Shown here: piece by piece, positions 26,974 to 40,406 of the stretch
How positions within the stretch are numbered: the first letter of the stretch is position 1
Layout of the letters: each line of letters begins with the position of its first letter
From: the human T2T-CHM13v2.0 reference genome, Homo sapiens
Strand: one strand, 5' to 3'
DNA: 64,000 nt
NCBI RefSeq assembly: GCF_009914755.1
Contig: NC_060929.1
Program-made: the position numbers and the translations under genes
Notes under the pieces: model-generated
Told to the model about the DNA's origin: nothing
The model's input: only the letters and a program-made list of their open reading frames with translations
Database searches by the model: none

Positions 26974-27868
26974 ATGCAAAACTGAGTCACAGAGTCGCAT
27001 ACAGTGTATTTGGCCTCGCTGTCACCGAAATGCTTCTTTTTAAATAAAATGCTCCCCTTTTATTTAAGCAAAACTTTGAATACAAATGCCTCACATTAGC
27101 ACTGACTGAAAGCAAAATGTCTGACCACATGCAATCATTAATATAAAAGCATATTATTCGGGAATACTATACATAAGTTGTTTTCTTTTTAAAAGTAGCA
27201 GTTTATAAAATTAAAAATAGGGTGAACTGAGAACATCTTCAGAATAACCATGCCCTCATCTCTTGGACTTGTTTCTCTGAGTTCTCTAGTTCTCACTGTC
27301 TGTACCACTCCTTTGGGTTTTGCATTTAATAAGCTCCAATGAGGCTGTACTGCAAAGAACAGAGTAGCTAGACCAGATTTGGATTTGAATCCCAGCTTTT
27401 CCACATAATAGTTTTGTGACCTGGAGAAGGTCTCTGTGCCTCAGTTTCCCCACCTGTACAATGGAAGCAGTTAGAGCTGGCAGAGCTGTGGTAAGGTGTA
27501 AGAGATTATGGTTACAAAGTCCCTAGAACATTCTGGGTGCCTAATTCAATGCTGACATTTCGTGGGATTATATGTGGGATTCCTGTACATGAAGATGCTA
27601 AGAAAGAAGTACTATTATTATTCCTGCATGACAGACACGGAAACTGAGGTTAAGTAATATCCCAATGGTCACAGAACTAGTAGTGAGCAGGGAGAGTTAC
27701 AAAGCTCATGTTACTTTGACTTTCCACACTGCTTGCCCTCGAAGGGTAGATGATGGGTGGGCGGACATTGTATGTTAAGCTTCTTTGCACCTGCAGGGAT
27801 GACACACATGATAGGTTTTCAATGAATGCACGGTGAAGATGATGAATATGCATATGTGTCAGATTCTG

Positions 27869-27892
27869 AAAAAAAAAAAAAAAAAAAAAAAA
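27869..27892. repeat. A24 mononucleotide run
   Basis: Read directly; no Alu body upstream. Confidence 0.9.
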
Positions 27893-28194
27893 GGGAGGGA
27901 GTAGATACAATTGCTCTGAAAGATCAAAAGAGCTTTACCAAAGCACGGTATTGTTATCATCATTATTATTATCATTATCACAATGATTAAATGCATCACC
28001 AGTTTGGCAGATTGCAGGATAATGATATGCAGAGAGTGTCATTTAGCCTAAAAGGTGATACCTTCCCAGGAAAGGGAAAGAAAGGGGAGCTGAGATGAGG
28101 CCCAGGGAGCTCAGAATTTCTGAGGCAAGAGAGGAGCTGGGCCTGTGCAGGGAGAAGGACCAAAGGGGGCACTGGGCACCTCGCAGGTGAACTG

Positions 28195-28274
28195 GTCGAG
28201 GGTCCAACAGGTAGCCACACCTGGATGAAGAAGGGCATGCAGTAATAGGGCACCAGAAGCATATTCTGCTAACA
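28195..28274 (+). repeat. Local direct duplication A, copy 1
   Basis: caggtagccacacctggatgaa...agggcaccagaagcata.tctgctaaca recurs at 31185-31263. Confidence 0.9.
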
Positions 28275-29029
28275 GTGTGGCATATCTATAGGGGAATATC
28301 TTTCCCCAGCCAGCCCCAAAGAACAGTCTGAACTTGACGTGGCTTCAGTCCTGGAGCCAGCAGGGAGATGTAATCATTGTTGGTTTCCTGGCCTCTGCAT
28401 CCATCCCTGTTCCTGTCCCCATCATAGTTCCTTGCTATCAGGGACTGTGTCTAGCCTGTCTTAGTATCCCCAATGCCAAGCCTAATAGCTTGCTCAGTAA
28501 CTCTCTACAGCCTGAAAAATGAAGGGCCCCACGCTCTCCACCACCACCCCAGAAGGAGGCCTTACCAGCATCTGTCCTAAAGCATCAATGTCAAGTGCTT
28601 TCGGCTCCAGCACCCTCAGAGCTCTGAGACCAGTGTTTTCTGGCTACACAGGCAGTAAGAAGCACAGGCCTGCTGCTGCTTACAGCAGGCCAGACAGAAG
28701 CTAATTACAGCAACCTGAACTTGCCATGACTAACATGCTTATTTAATTCAAGTGTTTGTTTGTTGACCTCCAGAAATCAAATATAGAGGCCTCACGGGCC
28801 AGGCCACCACTGGCGCCCTGGGAGCGAGGTCTGTGTGCAGAGCAATTACACAGGCCTGCAACCAGGCAGGGGTTGGGTTGCATGGTGATACCTGGAACAT
28901 TATCCACTCTGGAAAGATGTCAGTTCTGTGGGGAATGTGGTTCAACCTGGGCAGAAAATGAAAGGCATGAAGCTGTCCATGAAGCCTCTTAGCCAGTGAC
29001 GGCTCTCCTGCAGGAAGACTAATTTGTGG

Positions 29030-30245
29030 AAATAATAACAGCCCCCTTCACCAAATACCTACTATGTATCAGGTCCTTTATGTACATGATTACATTTATT
29101 TATCCCATCTTTGTGAGACAGATATAATTATTGCAATTTTACAGGTAAAAAAAAATTGAGTTTCTTAAGCAAGGACCAGGTTAAATAACTTTCCCAAGGT
29201 CAGACTGTAATGGTAGTAACAGTAACAAATATTTTCAGGGTGTTTGCAATAATTCTGAGCTGAGAACTTCATATAATACCATTTAGTACTCATAGGAATC
29301 CTATGAGGTAAGGATTATTATTAACTCCATTTTCCAGATGAGGAAACTGAGGCTTGGGGGGGTGGTTGAGTAACTTGTCCAAGGTCACAAACAGCTATGA
29401 TATGGCAGAGCCAAGGTTCCTATGATGATAATAATAGCTAACATTTAAGGCAGGTACAATGCGCCATGGCTTTTGTCATTTCAGTCTTCACAACAACCTT
29501 GTGAGGTGGGAATCGGTATCCTTATTTTACAGATGAGGAAACTGAGGCTTAGGAAGATTAAGTAATTTTTCTAGGGATTAAAGATTTTGACACAGTCTTA
29601 CCCTAGCACTCTAGCCTGAAATCACTATACTATGGGGCTCCCTGGGCTGGAATTTCATTAGAGCATAAGGAGTGAAACTAAGATTCAAACCCAGTCTGTG
29701 TGGCTTCAAAGCCTGTAATCCTTCTGGCTCAACATTATACAATTCTCCAAATGAAGCTTTTGTCTGAAGGGCAGCAATTGTTCTTTAAGTCCAAGCATAT
29801 CGGCACAGGTTGCTCTGACCTATGGGCAGTTAAAACAAGCTTTCGAAAGACTGAAGGCACATGGAGGTAGAAGGAGACTGGAATAAGAAGGGAAGGATGA
29901 GGCTAGAAGTTAAAGCAGGTCACTCAAATCAGCAACCAAGCACCCCCATCCTGAACAGAGGCAGCGAGATTCCATCCAAGCATGGGCACTTGGAGCAGAC
30001 TTCAGTTACTGATAATAACGATGTTAATGACTACTAATATTTACTGAGCATTAACTAGGTACCAGACACTGTTCTAAGTCTCTACATGCCTTTCTTATCT
30101 ATTGTATCTCTATTTTACATACAAGCCAACTGAGGCTCAGGGGCCTGGAAGACCTGCCCAAAGGTGACTCCAGCAGGAAAGGCACAAAGCCAGCACCCAG
30201 ATCTGGATCTCACTCTAGAGCACCCAGGCTGGGTTCTTTCTGCCA
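29030..30245 (-). mobile_element. Cluster of several MIR elements
   Basis: Repeated reverse MIR cores: ttttacagatgaggaaactgaggc and aacttgtccaaggtca, near 29140, 29335, 29525 and 30115. Confidence 0.8.
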
Positions 30246-30534
30246 CTTATGTCACCATGACCCCATGGTCATGAGCTAATGTAATGCCTCAGTTAATTAG
30301 ACTTCTTCATCTACAAAAGGAGTTCATAAGTTTCTCTTCTTTTAATAGGGAGGGAATGTATGAAGGCAGTTCTTTAAAAATATATATATATATCCCACAG
30401 GTATTAAAGTTTTCCAAGCTGTCACTAAATAAATGATACTCCTGTTACAGGAAAGAGGCAGGACCTTTAAAGAAGACAGCCACAGCTTCAACACAGCATC
30501 AAAAAATATACATTTCCATTGTTTGTTTATTTTT

Positions 30535-30815
<281 letters not shown>

Positions 30816-30901
30816 CTCTCCATTGTTTATTGTAATCAATTAAACCCAAAAAACATGAAATGGAATTGTATCACTTTTCATGAAAATATACTAGTTACAC
30901 A

Positions 30902-30902
<1 letters not shown>

Positions 30903-30936
<34 letters not shown>
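30903..30936. repeat. (CA)17 microsatellite
   Basis: Read directly. Confidence 0.95.
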
Positions 30937-30939
<3 letters not shown>

Positions 30940-31184
30940 CTTCACTACCCTATAATTAATGGAGATTTCTCCCTGCAAGGAAGTGGTCAGATCTGTGTGA
31001 ACCGGGTAGTGTGAAGTTAAGTTCCAAGGTATGTATAATGTGTTGTAATTCCTCTACTCTCCATACGCTGTTTTTGTCCCCAAAGAATCAGGGAGTTCCT
31101 GGGGAAATCTCTAAAAGACTCAACAGGACTGGGAACAAATCTCACTGCTTTGTTGAGTACTTCCAACATAGTCATTAGTCATGA

Positions 31185-31263
31185 GTCAAGGACCCAGCAG
31201 GTAGCCACACCTGGATGAACAAGGCAGGCAGTGACAGGGCACCAGAAGCATACTCTGCTAACA
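31185..31263 (+). repeat. Local direct duplication A, copy 2
   Basis: Matches 28195-28274; 5 substitutions and 1 indel in the 67-bp core. Confidence 0.9.
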
Positions 31264-31306
31264 ACGTAACTTCTTCTATATAGAGCACAATTTAAAAGTT
31301 GTTTCA

Positions 31307-31599
31307 GGCTGGGCGCGGTGGTTCATGCCTGTAATCCCAGTGCTTTGGGAAGCCAAGATGGGAGGGTGGCTTGAGGCCAGGAGTTCAAGACCAGCCTGGG
31401 CAACATACTGAGACCTCATCTCTACAAAAACCATTTTTAAATTAGCCTGGTGTGGTGGCACATGCATGTAGTCCCAGCTACTTGGAAGGCTGGGTTGGGA
31501 GGATCACTTGAGCCCAGGAGTTGGAGGCTGTAGTGAGTCGTGTTCATGCCACTGCACTCCAGCCTGGGCAAGACAACGAGACTCTGTCTCAAAAAAAAA
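31307..31599 (+). mobile_element. AluJ
   Basis: gcttgaggccaggagttcaagaccagcctgggcaacat; ggatcacttgagcccaggag. Confidence 0.92.
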
Positions 31600-34500
31600 G
31601 GGCTCTTTCTCCTCAGCAGTCTCTCCCCCAATAGAAAGAACCAAAAGGTTTGTGTTAATTTAATACCTTCACTTGAACTCAGGAAACACATTTTAATTCA
31701 TATTTGCCTGCCTCAGAGTCACAATGTCAAGAAAAGAAAATGCTAGCAAATATTACTTCCAAATTAATTATTTCTGAATGTTTTCTTATATCACTAGAAT
31801 CTCATTATGATTATAACAAATGTAAGCTAAGGTCCACATATTAATATTTAACTGTTCTGTGCAATGGGTTTATTACTCCAAATACTGCTAAATCCCCAAA
31901 GATTGCTATTTAGTTAAATGCAGAGAAGTCTTCATAGAAAGATTTCTAATTCATCATTTCTAGGCCAAGAGTCTCTGAGGTCTCATTTCCATTTAGAAAA
32001 TGCTACTGCCACGAAAAGAAGAATTGATGAAATCAAATGGCTATCTTCCCTAAGACAGACTTGCTGGTACTTGAACCCTGGATTTAGGGCATAGATCAAA
32101 AGAGCACCCTATCTACCGGGAAGCCCCCCTTCCTCCACCACCTTGAGCACACACCCACCAGCAGCATCCTTTAATTTTTCAATTCTATATAGAGATATTG
32201 CTGGGCTATTGGAACTGCAGTACTTAGAATTCTTACAAACACATTTCTTCATCCCATCTACCACCTTGGCAGAAGTTCTTGGAAAACTGATGATGTAAAT
32301 TGGTGCTAAGACCTTGTGAGCACATTAAGGCTTGTCATGGAAAAATGGGTGCAGCGTTATTAAGTCCGAGAGATAGTTCCAGCTTCTGGTCCTCATGTCA
32401 GGTTTCCACATCTAACGAGCTAACAGGAGTGACTAACCTCTGGGGTGCAGTGTTGGACAACTTAAAACAGAACATTAGCCCTGGTCCCCATCTCGCCCAT
32501 ACCCATTCTGCTCCTGACATAGTTTACCTTAGTTCAAAGGACTAAAAGACTTTGCCTTTAAAAAGGCATCTTTGATAGAGCAAAATTTGTTTATTGAGCA
32601 TTCTATCAATCAGATAACTTTATGGTAACTGGCCTGTCTACAAATGCGTAATGATTATTGTTATTTACAATTATCATTTTTTAGCTCCTCTGATCCTGAT
32701 CCTCAGTGACCAGGTCCTGTGGCTTCTGTTTCCAAAGTCCCTCTGGCTGTACAACCCCTGTTTTTCACAGCCTGTCCTTAGATGAGGACTTCATCCTCTC
32801 TTGCCAGGTCTACCATCATCGTCTCCTAACTGATGTTCTCGCCAGCCCATTTCATACATTACACCATGCCTTATCATCTGCCTGAAAGCACAGGTCCGGT
32901 TTTTGTCATTCCTCTGCTTAGAAGCCTTCAGTAGCTCCTACAGCCCTTCATACTCCTTGATCTGCCATTGACTCCTGTCCACCAAATGGTACCCAACCTC
33001 CGCCTTTGCAAACTCATCCTCCAGTGTCTCCTTCACATGTCTCCCTGTGACTTCCTATCTTTCCCCCTTGAGTCCAGAGATGTCAAATCACCCTCCTGTT
33101 TCCATCTCTGCCTGTGAGTATTCTACCCTCATCTTTTCAAATGCTACCTTCTTCATGAAGGTTTTCCTCACCTCACTTCACCCATTCCTCTCACCAAACA
33201 CACACACAAAGATGACCTGGTCCTCTCTGAACCCCCTTTGCACTCTGCACATTTCTAAAGATGTCATCCTCTAGCCAGTATTAGAGCTGGTAGTGAACTT
33301 GCCCTAACCACAAGCACCTTACAGGGTCACATTCAAATTCGCTTTCCTCCAATGTTTAGGACAATGCTCTAAGCACATACCAAATAATCAGGAAACATTA
33401 GTGTGTGCATTCATTCAAACAATATACCTTCATTTTGCTTTCAAAAAATTGGAAAGATTTTTAATTTTTACATTTGCAAAGAAAAGAATTTTAAGAGATA
33501 GCACTGTGCTAAAAGGTTTAATAGTATATGATATCATTCAAAATAAAATATTTAATCAATGGATCCACCTTGCCCGTAAGTGAGCCAATCCTGCAGATTT
33601 GACAATTCAAACATGTGACCTTGTGAATGCTGCTAGTAAATATAGCTCAGCGGTCTGAAGCCAGCCTTACATGTGGTCTCCATCTCCAATCCTTTGTCCC
33701 TTTTCTCCATGGAGCTTCTTTATAAGCTTTTTTTTTTTTTTTTAACTCAAGTTGGTGCTGAATTTTTGGCACTTACAGATCTATCACTCCAAAAAGGAAG
33801 CTCAAAAAGTAATAAGCAGGCCCAGATTTATGTTCAGTGCCCAAAAAATATGCAATTTCTCCACTTTAATCTGATCCAGCCAAATGGCCAGTCCAATGTG
33901 CAACATATGTCCAGCCAACTGGTTGGAGTCCATGCATTTAGTTCCTTCTGTAGATTAATGAGATTATGGCATTGTTAAAAAGAGACAGAAAATGCTAATT
34001 TGACATCTACCATGATATACTTTACAGTTTGGGGGGTTTCTGCATTTTAAGACATTTTTAATTACTTTGTTATGCTGTGCCAATGAGGACCATATGCCCA
34101 TTCTTGTCCCTCCACGCTGTCTCCATAGTCACCTGCACATTCCCAGGCAGCGCAGACTGTCCAGACCTTGCTATCACAGCCTCTGTCTAGGAGAATCAAA
34201 AAGCAGCCTTCTCCTTACACTGGTGCATGCACCTTCTGGTTAAAGCTGTTTCAGAAGAAAATAAAAGTCACCTACATGTTCAGAGCTATAGAATGAACTG
34301 ACCATGAAAAGAAAACTTACTTCAAAACAATAGGCGTTCACTTGGTTGCAGAAGAAAGCCAGCCACATAGCAGTAGAAGCACTCACCAAAGGTACACTAA
34401 CCTGTGACTTGGCAAAAATTGGAACTTTTGCTCATGTGATATACATTATCTGCATTTAAAAAAATAATTTATGAGGCGGCTGTGGGCTACTACGCTGCCC

Positions 34501-35416
34501 CAAAAGGTTGTTGGAGATGATTGATATAACACATGCTAACATACAGGATATTATTCTGTCCTTTGCAAATATTTCTGAACACCCCCAAAAACTTGAACAA
34601 AGCAGAATTGGATCTTCCTCCGTTGATCCTCAGGGGAGCCCTCTCCACCATACTCATCTCCTTGTATGGAGATGGACTTCACATGGACGGAGTGCTGAGG
34701 CTGAAGGGCAGCACCGCTGCTCACTTCAAAACATTTTCTAAAAGTCCACTTGGACTGACAGCTAGAATTCAAAAAATAAAAATTAAAAATTACCCATGCT
34801 AAATCATGAATACTAGCAGTAGCCTGCCACTTATGAAGCACCTACTAAGTGCCAGCCGTCATTCTACAGGCATTACCTCTATCAACTCATTTAATCCTTA
34901 TACTTATCCTATGATTATTAAATAGATACTGTTATCATCTCTTTCTCACAATTAAGGAGACAGAGGCACAGAAATGTTAAGTAATATGCCCAGTGTCACC
35001 CAGCTAGAAAGTGCTACAGTCAGCATATGAACTCCAGAAGTCTGGGAGAGACTGCACCCTTAGCCACTATATTATATGAAAAGAAAAATATGAACAAAGA
35101 CAACCATCCTACTGAAAATAGAAAGATGGAACGAACAAGCTTATTTTTCCAAATTCTCTTGAGCAATTATTGAAAATGTTTTGTTTACTATGAAAGAGTT
35201 TTAACATTTTGGGGTTCCAAACTATGAAATAACGGCATATAGATTGAGTTAAACATTGGCACGATGGCAGCCCTGCGCTGAGGAGGTATACGGGAAAACA
35301 ATGCAAAACAAAACACAAGCATATGCACCTCGAATCCACCCGGCAAGAACACAAATGGCAGGGAAGAGAACGCGAGCCTCTTCTCTTCCCTACCCAACAC
35401 CTGTTCCTCTTACCAG

Positions 35417-35554
35417 ATGGGAACCTGCTTCCTGTTCCCGGAAGGCGATAGAAGGCCCCCAGATCCAGGTGGAGCCAGCAGCTCCCCCACCACTTGGAGG
35501 CAGCCAGGCAGTTTCTTGGCACAGATCTACAGTGAACAGAAATGTCAGTCCCAG
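35417..35554 (+). ncRNA. Candidate 138-nt internal exon, non-coding
   Basis: Acceptor cctgttcctcttaccag| at 35416; donor CAG|GTAAAG at 35554/35555; alternative donors GTAAGT (35694) and GTGAGT (35722); GC-richer unique sequence. Confidence 0.35.
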
Positions 35555-35949
35555 GTAAAGGGTGCGGGAGTGGCCGGGAGGCAGGAGTGCTGTCACAAAC
35601 TGCTCTTTGGCATCAGCATCTCCCACCCAGGAAGAAGAGGCTGCGGACACGCTCTCTTCTAGTGCTGCTGGAGGCCCAGGGCAATAGAAAACAGTAAGTC
35701 CAGGAGGAATTGGCAGAAAAAGTGAGTAGGCCAGTAAGCCTCCACCTCTCCTTCTCCACATCTTAGGATGGTTCCTGGTAGCATAGGCCAGTGGCCATGG
35801 GATGAGCTTTAGTGTTAGACTGAACCTCGGATCAAATGCCAGGTGTGCCACTTTCTGGCTATGAGACCTTGCAAAAGTCATTTAACCTCCTTCTACTTTG
35901 TTCACCACTACCTTCATCCTCTTCCTGGTTGCCTTGAGATCAAGTCTAC

Positions 35950-36290
35950 GCTTTTTATTTTATTTTATTTTATCTTATTTATTTTTTTGAGACAGGGTCT
36001 CACTCTGTCACCCAGGCTGGAGTACAGTCACACAAACACAGCTCACTGCAGCCTCAATCCCCTGGGTTCAAGCCATCCTGCCAACTTCATCCTCCCAAGT
36101 AGCTGGGACCACAGGCATGTGCCACCGCACCCAGCTAATTTTTTCTTTCTTTCTTTCTTTTTTTTTTTTTTTTGGAGAGATGGCGTTTCACCATGTTGTC
36201 CAGGCTAGTCTCAAACTCCTGGGCTCAAGTGATCCTTGTGCCTCAGCCTCCCAAAGTGCTGTGATTACAGGCATGAGTCACTGCACCCAG
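35950..36290 (-). mobile_element. AluJ
   Basis: gagacagggtctcactctgtcacccaggctggag...aactcctgggctcaagtgatcc. Confidence 0.92.
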
Positions 36291-37773
36291 TCTAAACATC
36301 CTCTGAACTAAGCTTTTTATAATCCATAGGTTCAGGCACCTGCTTACCTCTTCAGCCTCATTTCTCGTCCCATATCTATATTCCAGGGACCATTCTAGTT
36401 CTCACCTCTGGACCTTGCTCATTCTGTTCCTTCTGCCTGGAACACTTCCTGCCCCCTTTTTTTTTTTTTTAAACTGATCCAACCTACTCACCTTTCAGGT
36501 CTCAGTGAATGTCACTTCCTCCAAGGAGCCTCCCTGCCTGTCTCCTCTGTGCTCTTATAGCACCAAATACTTACTCTTAGGGAACATTTATAACCCTACA
36601 TTGTAAAGCTACATTGCAATGTAGCTGTGATGTGCACTTATAAACAAGCGCATTGTAATAGCCTGTCTGCTGCTCAGTGTATCACTATACTGTGTGCTCC
36701 TAATGGGAAGAGGACAACTTTTAACAGCACCCTATTAAACTATCGCTCTTACCTCTTTTATGTTTCTCTTTCCTGCTAGATTGTAAGCTCCACGTGGCCA
36801 AAGACTACATGTGTCTTGCCACTTTTGTATCCCCAGAGCCTAGCATATAGGCTGGGCTAGCATATAGCACAAACTTAATGAATATGGTTGACTAAAAGAA
36901 TAAATAAACCTCTCTACACCTCAGTTTCCCCATCTGTAAAATGGTGTAAAACAATATTCATCTCGAGAAGTACGTATGTGAGAATTAAATGAGCATGTAC
37001 AAAGCCCCTGACACGTAGCAGAAGTCAATAAATGGCAGCTCTACCGTCCGTTCATCCATTCAGCCTACATGCATGGTTCCAATCACCCTTTAAGTCCTAG
37101 GGAAAATTTGCATTTAGCATTTTGTCCACATCCCATCTCAGAAATATAACTCTTGCCCTAAAAATCTCTAGAGAAGATGCCACACTTCTCCCTCTGGTGA
37201 CTACCTGTGTTTCCGAGTCCTTTGTTAGTCAATCAGCCAATAATTATGTCGAAATCATCGACGTATGATAGATATTCAACTACAGTATTTACAGAGTTCT
37301 TCGATATCCAGAATAAGAAAATCTTGCACAGAACCATCAGAGAGTCATTTCCAAGAGTCGTTTATTCATGAGCCTCTCTCTCTCTCTCTCTGATACACAC
37401 AATCTCCAGGATACTAGAAAGTTTTCAAGGGACAGTGAGTTATCCCATAGATGAATTCATTCCCCATCCACTGCGGACTCACCTGATGCGAGCTAGATGC
37501 TGAGGCAGAAAGACTAAGATAGAGACAAGATAGAGACAAAAATAGAGAACTTCCTTTGGGAGTTCCCAGTCTATTGGAAGGAACAGGCACGTAAAAAAAT
37601 AATCTGCATAGTAAATGGACTGACAATGGAACGCTGGGTAGTACCGCAGGCTCCCAGAGGAGGGAGCTAGAGAACAACCTAGTCAGATCCTAAAATGGCC
37701 CCTACCAGTAGGCTCTAACAAGACTTTTTGCCACATCTTCCACCCCCTTGCTCTCATTCTGTCTCCTGTGAAG

Positions 37774-38185
37774 ATGGAGAACAGTTCATCAGCATCTTCC
37801 TGATAATAACTGCCTCAATCCATCATAAAGGCCAGCCCTAAGGAACACAGAAGTCACCAAGTTCACGGACCCTGTCTGAATATCTCACTGTCACAGAAGT
37901 CTATAAAAGATAAGACTTGGAATCTGACCGGTTGAGCTAATGGGGGATTTCCAAGCACTAGCTATTCCACCCTTTCATAGATAAGCTCTTTGTGGGTGGT
38001 GGTGAGAACACATCATTCTATTTGTTTCTTGTGAGGGCTACTTTGAGCACTGACGTGGTCTTCATGGCACTTTATTTTATGTCCTGAAAAACAGGACCCA
38101 ACTGAAATTCAGAATCATTACTAAATGCAAAGAGAGAGAGAGAAGCATGAATTATAAGTGCAATAAAATCTCATTTTTTTTCTGT
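37774..38185 (+). ncRNA. Candidate 3'-terminal exon
   Basis: Pyrimidine tract (cccccttgctctcattctgtctcctgtgaag|) at 37773; AATAAA at 38162-38167 followed by a T/GT-rich tract. Confidence 0.25.
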
Positions 38186-38340
38186 GTTGCTAATGAGGAG
38201 GAACACATTTCTTTCTGTTCTGAGCATGCTTTCAGAGGGAGGCACATGGAGGAATCCACTGCCAGAGACAGTCTTAAGAACAGGTGGCAGAACAGTCCTC
38301 GAACAGCTGTGAGCCGGGTGCTCAGAAAGGCATCTTTGAC

Positions 38341-38500
38341 CACCTCCCTGTCGCACAAGCCCTGCTCTGGACACCAGAGTCCCTACCACAGGGAGCCTCC
38401 TGAGATACAGAGCACTGTTACTGGGGGAGGATAAACTTATGCTTCCGTCCACAGTATCACATTTCTGATGATGACTAACTACCACCCAGAACAGATCCAG
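38341..38500 (+). repeat. Local direct duplication B, probable source copy
   Basis: 160 bp aligning without gaps to 41974-42133; I count 11 mismatches. Confidence 0.95.
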
Positions 38501-38617
38501 ATAATGAGGGGCTGGGAGACAGACCTGGTAAAATGTAAGCAATGGAATAAGCTGGCAGCATGGAGTGCCCTCAGCTCAAACGGGGTGGTGATCCAAGGGC
38601 ACAGGTCCCTGGAGAAG

Positions 38618-38975
38618 TGTGTTAGCTCGCTAAGGCTGCCTAACAAATACCATAGACTGGGCGGTGTAAACAACAGAAACTTACTCTCTCACAATTCTAG
38701 AGGCTAGAAGCCTGAGATGGGGTTGGTCTCTTCTGAGGCCCCTCTCCTTGGCTTGCAGGTGGCCAGGTTCTCCCTGTGTCTTCATATGGCCTTTCCTCTG
38801 TGTGTGTCTTCGTCCTAATTTCTTCTTCTTATAAGGACACCAGTGATATTGGATTAGGGCTTAATTATTTAACCTTAATTATTAACACCTCTTTAAAGGC
38901 CCCATCTCCAAATACAGTCATATTCTGAGATACTGAGAGATAGAATTTCAACTTGGGACACAAGTCAGCCCATAA
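38618..38975 (-). mobile_element. MaLR solo LTR (MLT1A/B-like)
   Basis: ggctgcctaacaaataccatagactggg...tcttcttataaggacaccagt.atattggattagggc...ccatctccaaatacagtca. Confidence 0.85.
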
Positions 38976-40406
38976 GAAGGAGTGGGACAGGAAACATGGG
39001 ATGAAAAAGGAGGGACGCTGCTGGAAAGCCACCAGTGCAGGCACTCACACGAGTTTGACCATATGGAAGGCTTCAGGGCAGAGATGAAGGGTCACAGCTG
39101 CCACCTCTCCACTGATGACTTTCAAACCTAATTATTCAACTATGACCGCTCCCTTGTATTCCAGTTCCACGTTTCCAATGGGCTACTGGACACGCGCCAC
39201 CGGTATGTCCTGCCAACATTTTAAACAAATACAGGAAAATGCAAATAGAACTCATTTCTGATTTCTATTATTGTCATCACTAACCTTCCAGGAATTTTTC
39301 ATTCCTTCCCTCTCCCTGCAAATCTAAAATATCACCAAGGCCCTTTGCTCTTGCTTTCTTGTGTCTCTTGATCCATCTCCTTTCCCCAGGCTGATGGTTA
39401 CTACATCTCCTCTGGTCATTATTATCCAGACCACTGAAAATATCTCCTAACAGGCCTCATGCCTCCAGGCTCTTTCACCACCAATTCATCTACATCTACT
39501 ACTCCTGGAGTAATCTTTCTAAACACTGCTATTAAAACTACCTCTGCTCTAAAACCTTCCATGTCTCCCCATTATTACTGGAAAAACTTTTAACAATACA
39601 ACCTAGTATTCTAGGCCTCTATCAGTCTGGTCCCTTCTAGTCTGACAGCCTACTCTTCCCCTAAACATTCTGGGGAAAAGTGGAAACGAATGAACAAAAC
39701 CCCTACACAAACCTTCCATTCCACAAAAGAATAAGTAAATCTTCTTATTTACGGCCTCCTTGTAATATGCCACGTAGATGCTCATGTGCCCAACATTTTC
39801 TCCTCTGCCTTTCTAAATTCAACCTGTCTTCTAGTTCCCATCCCATCAATAGTGCCTCCTCCATTCCTGACCTTTCTTGATTGTTAAAAATATCTTTTCC
39901 TACTTCTCTCAACAGCACTTACCCCTTTAGCACTTCAGTGTGATATTTTTCTTATATTTTTTTCATATCTATTTCTGTGTGTCATCTTACCCCGCAACTA
40001 CGTGTGTGAGTACGCCTTCCTCCCCAGGCTCCTCAAGGGCAGACACAATGCAAAACCCGTGATACTTAATAATAACCAAAACACTCATTGAATATTGATC
40101 ACATGCCAGGCACTGTGTTAAGTGTTTTCCAGCATTATTTCATTTAATGCAAACAACAATTCAATAAGGTAGGTACTATTATTATCTCCATTATACAGAT
40201 GAGGAGATTGTAGGTTGGAAAGGCTAAATAACTCTCCTAAAATGACATAACTAGTAAATGACAGAGCTAGGATTCACACACAGGTCTGCATGACCCAGAA
40301 GCCCCTTCTAATAGTACCTTTCACAGAGTAAGTGCCTTTCAGAGAATAAGTGCTGAGCATATGTTTGTGAATTAAGGCTATCCCTGTTACCAGAGCATTT
40401 GGGGTG

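Noticed and set aside
37483-37666. Minus-strand exon from the CAG|GTGAGT at 37483
   Set aside because: It lies in decayed L2-like sequence with an ambiguous acceptor; perfect donor 9-mers are expected occasionally by chance.
38341-38500. Duplicated segment as a snoRNA or snoRNA retrocopy (contains TGATGA and CTGA)
   Set aside because: Boxes are not in terminal C...D order, there is no convincing H/ACA layout, and the copy has no poly-A tail or TSD.
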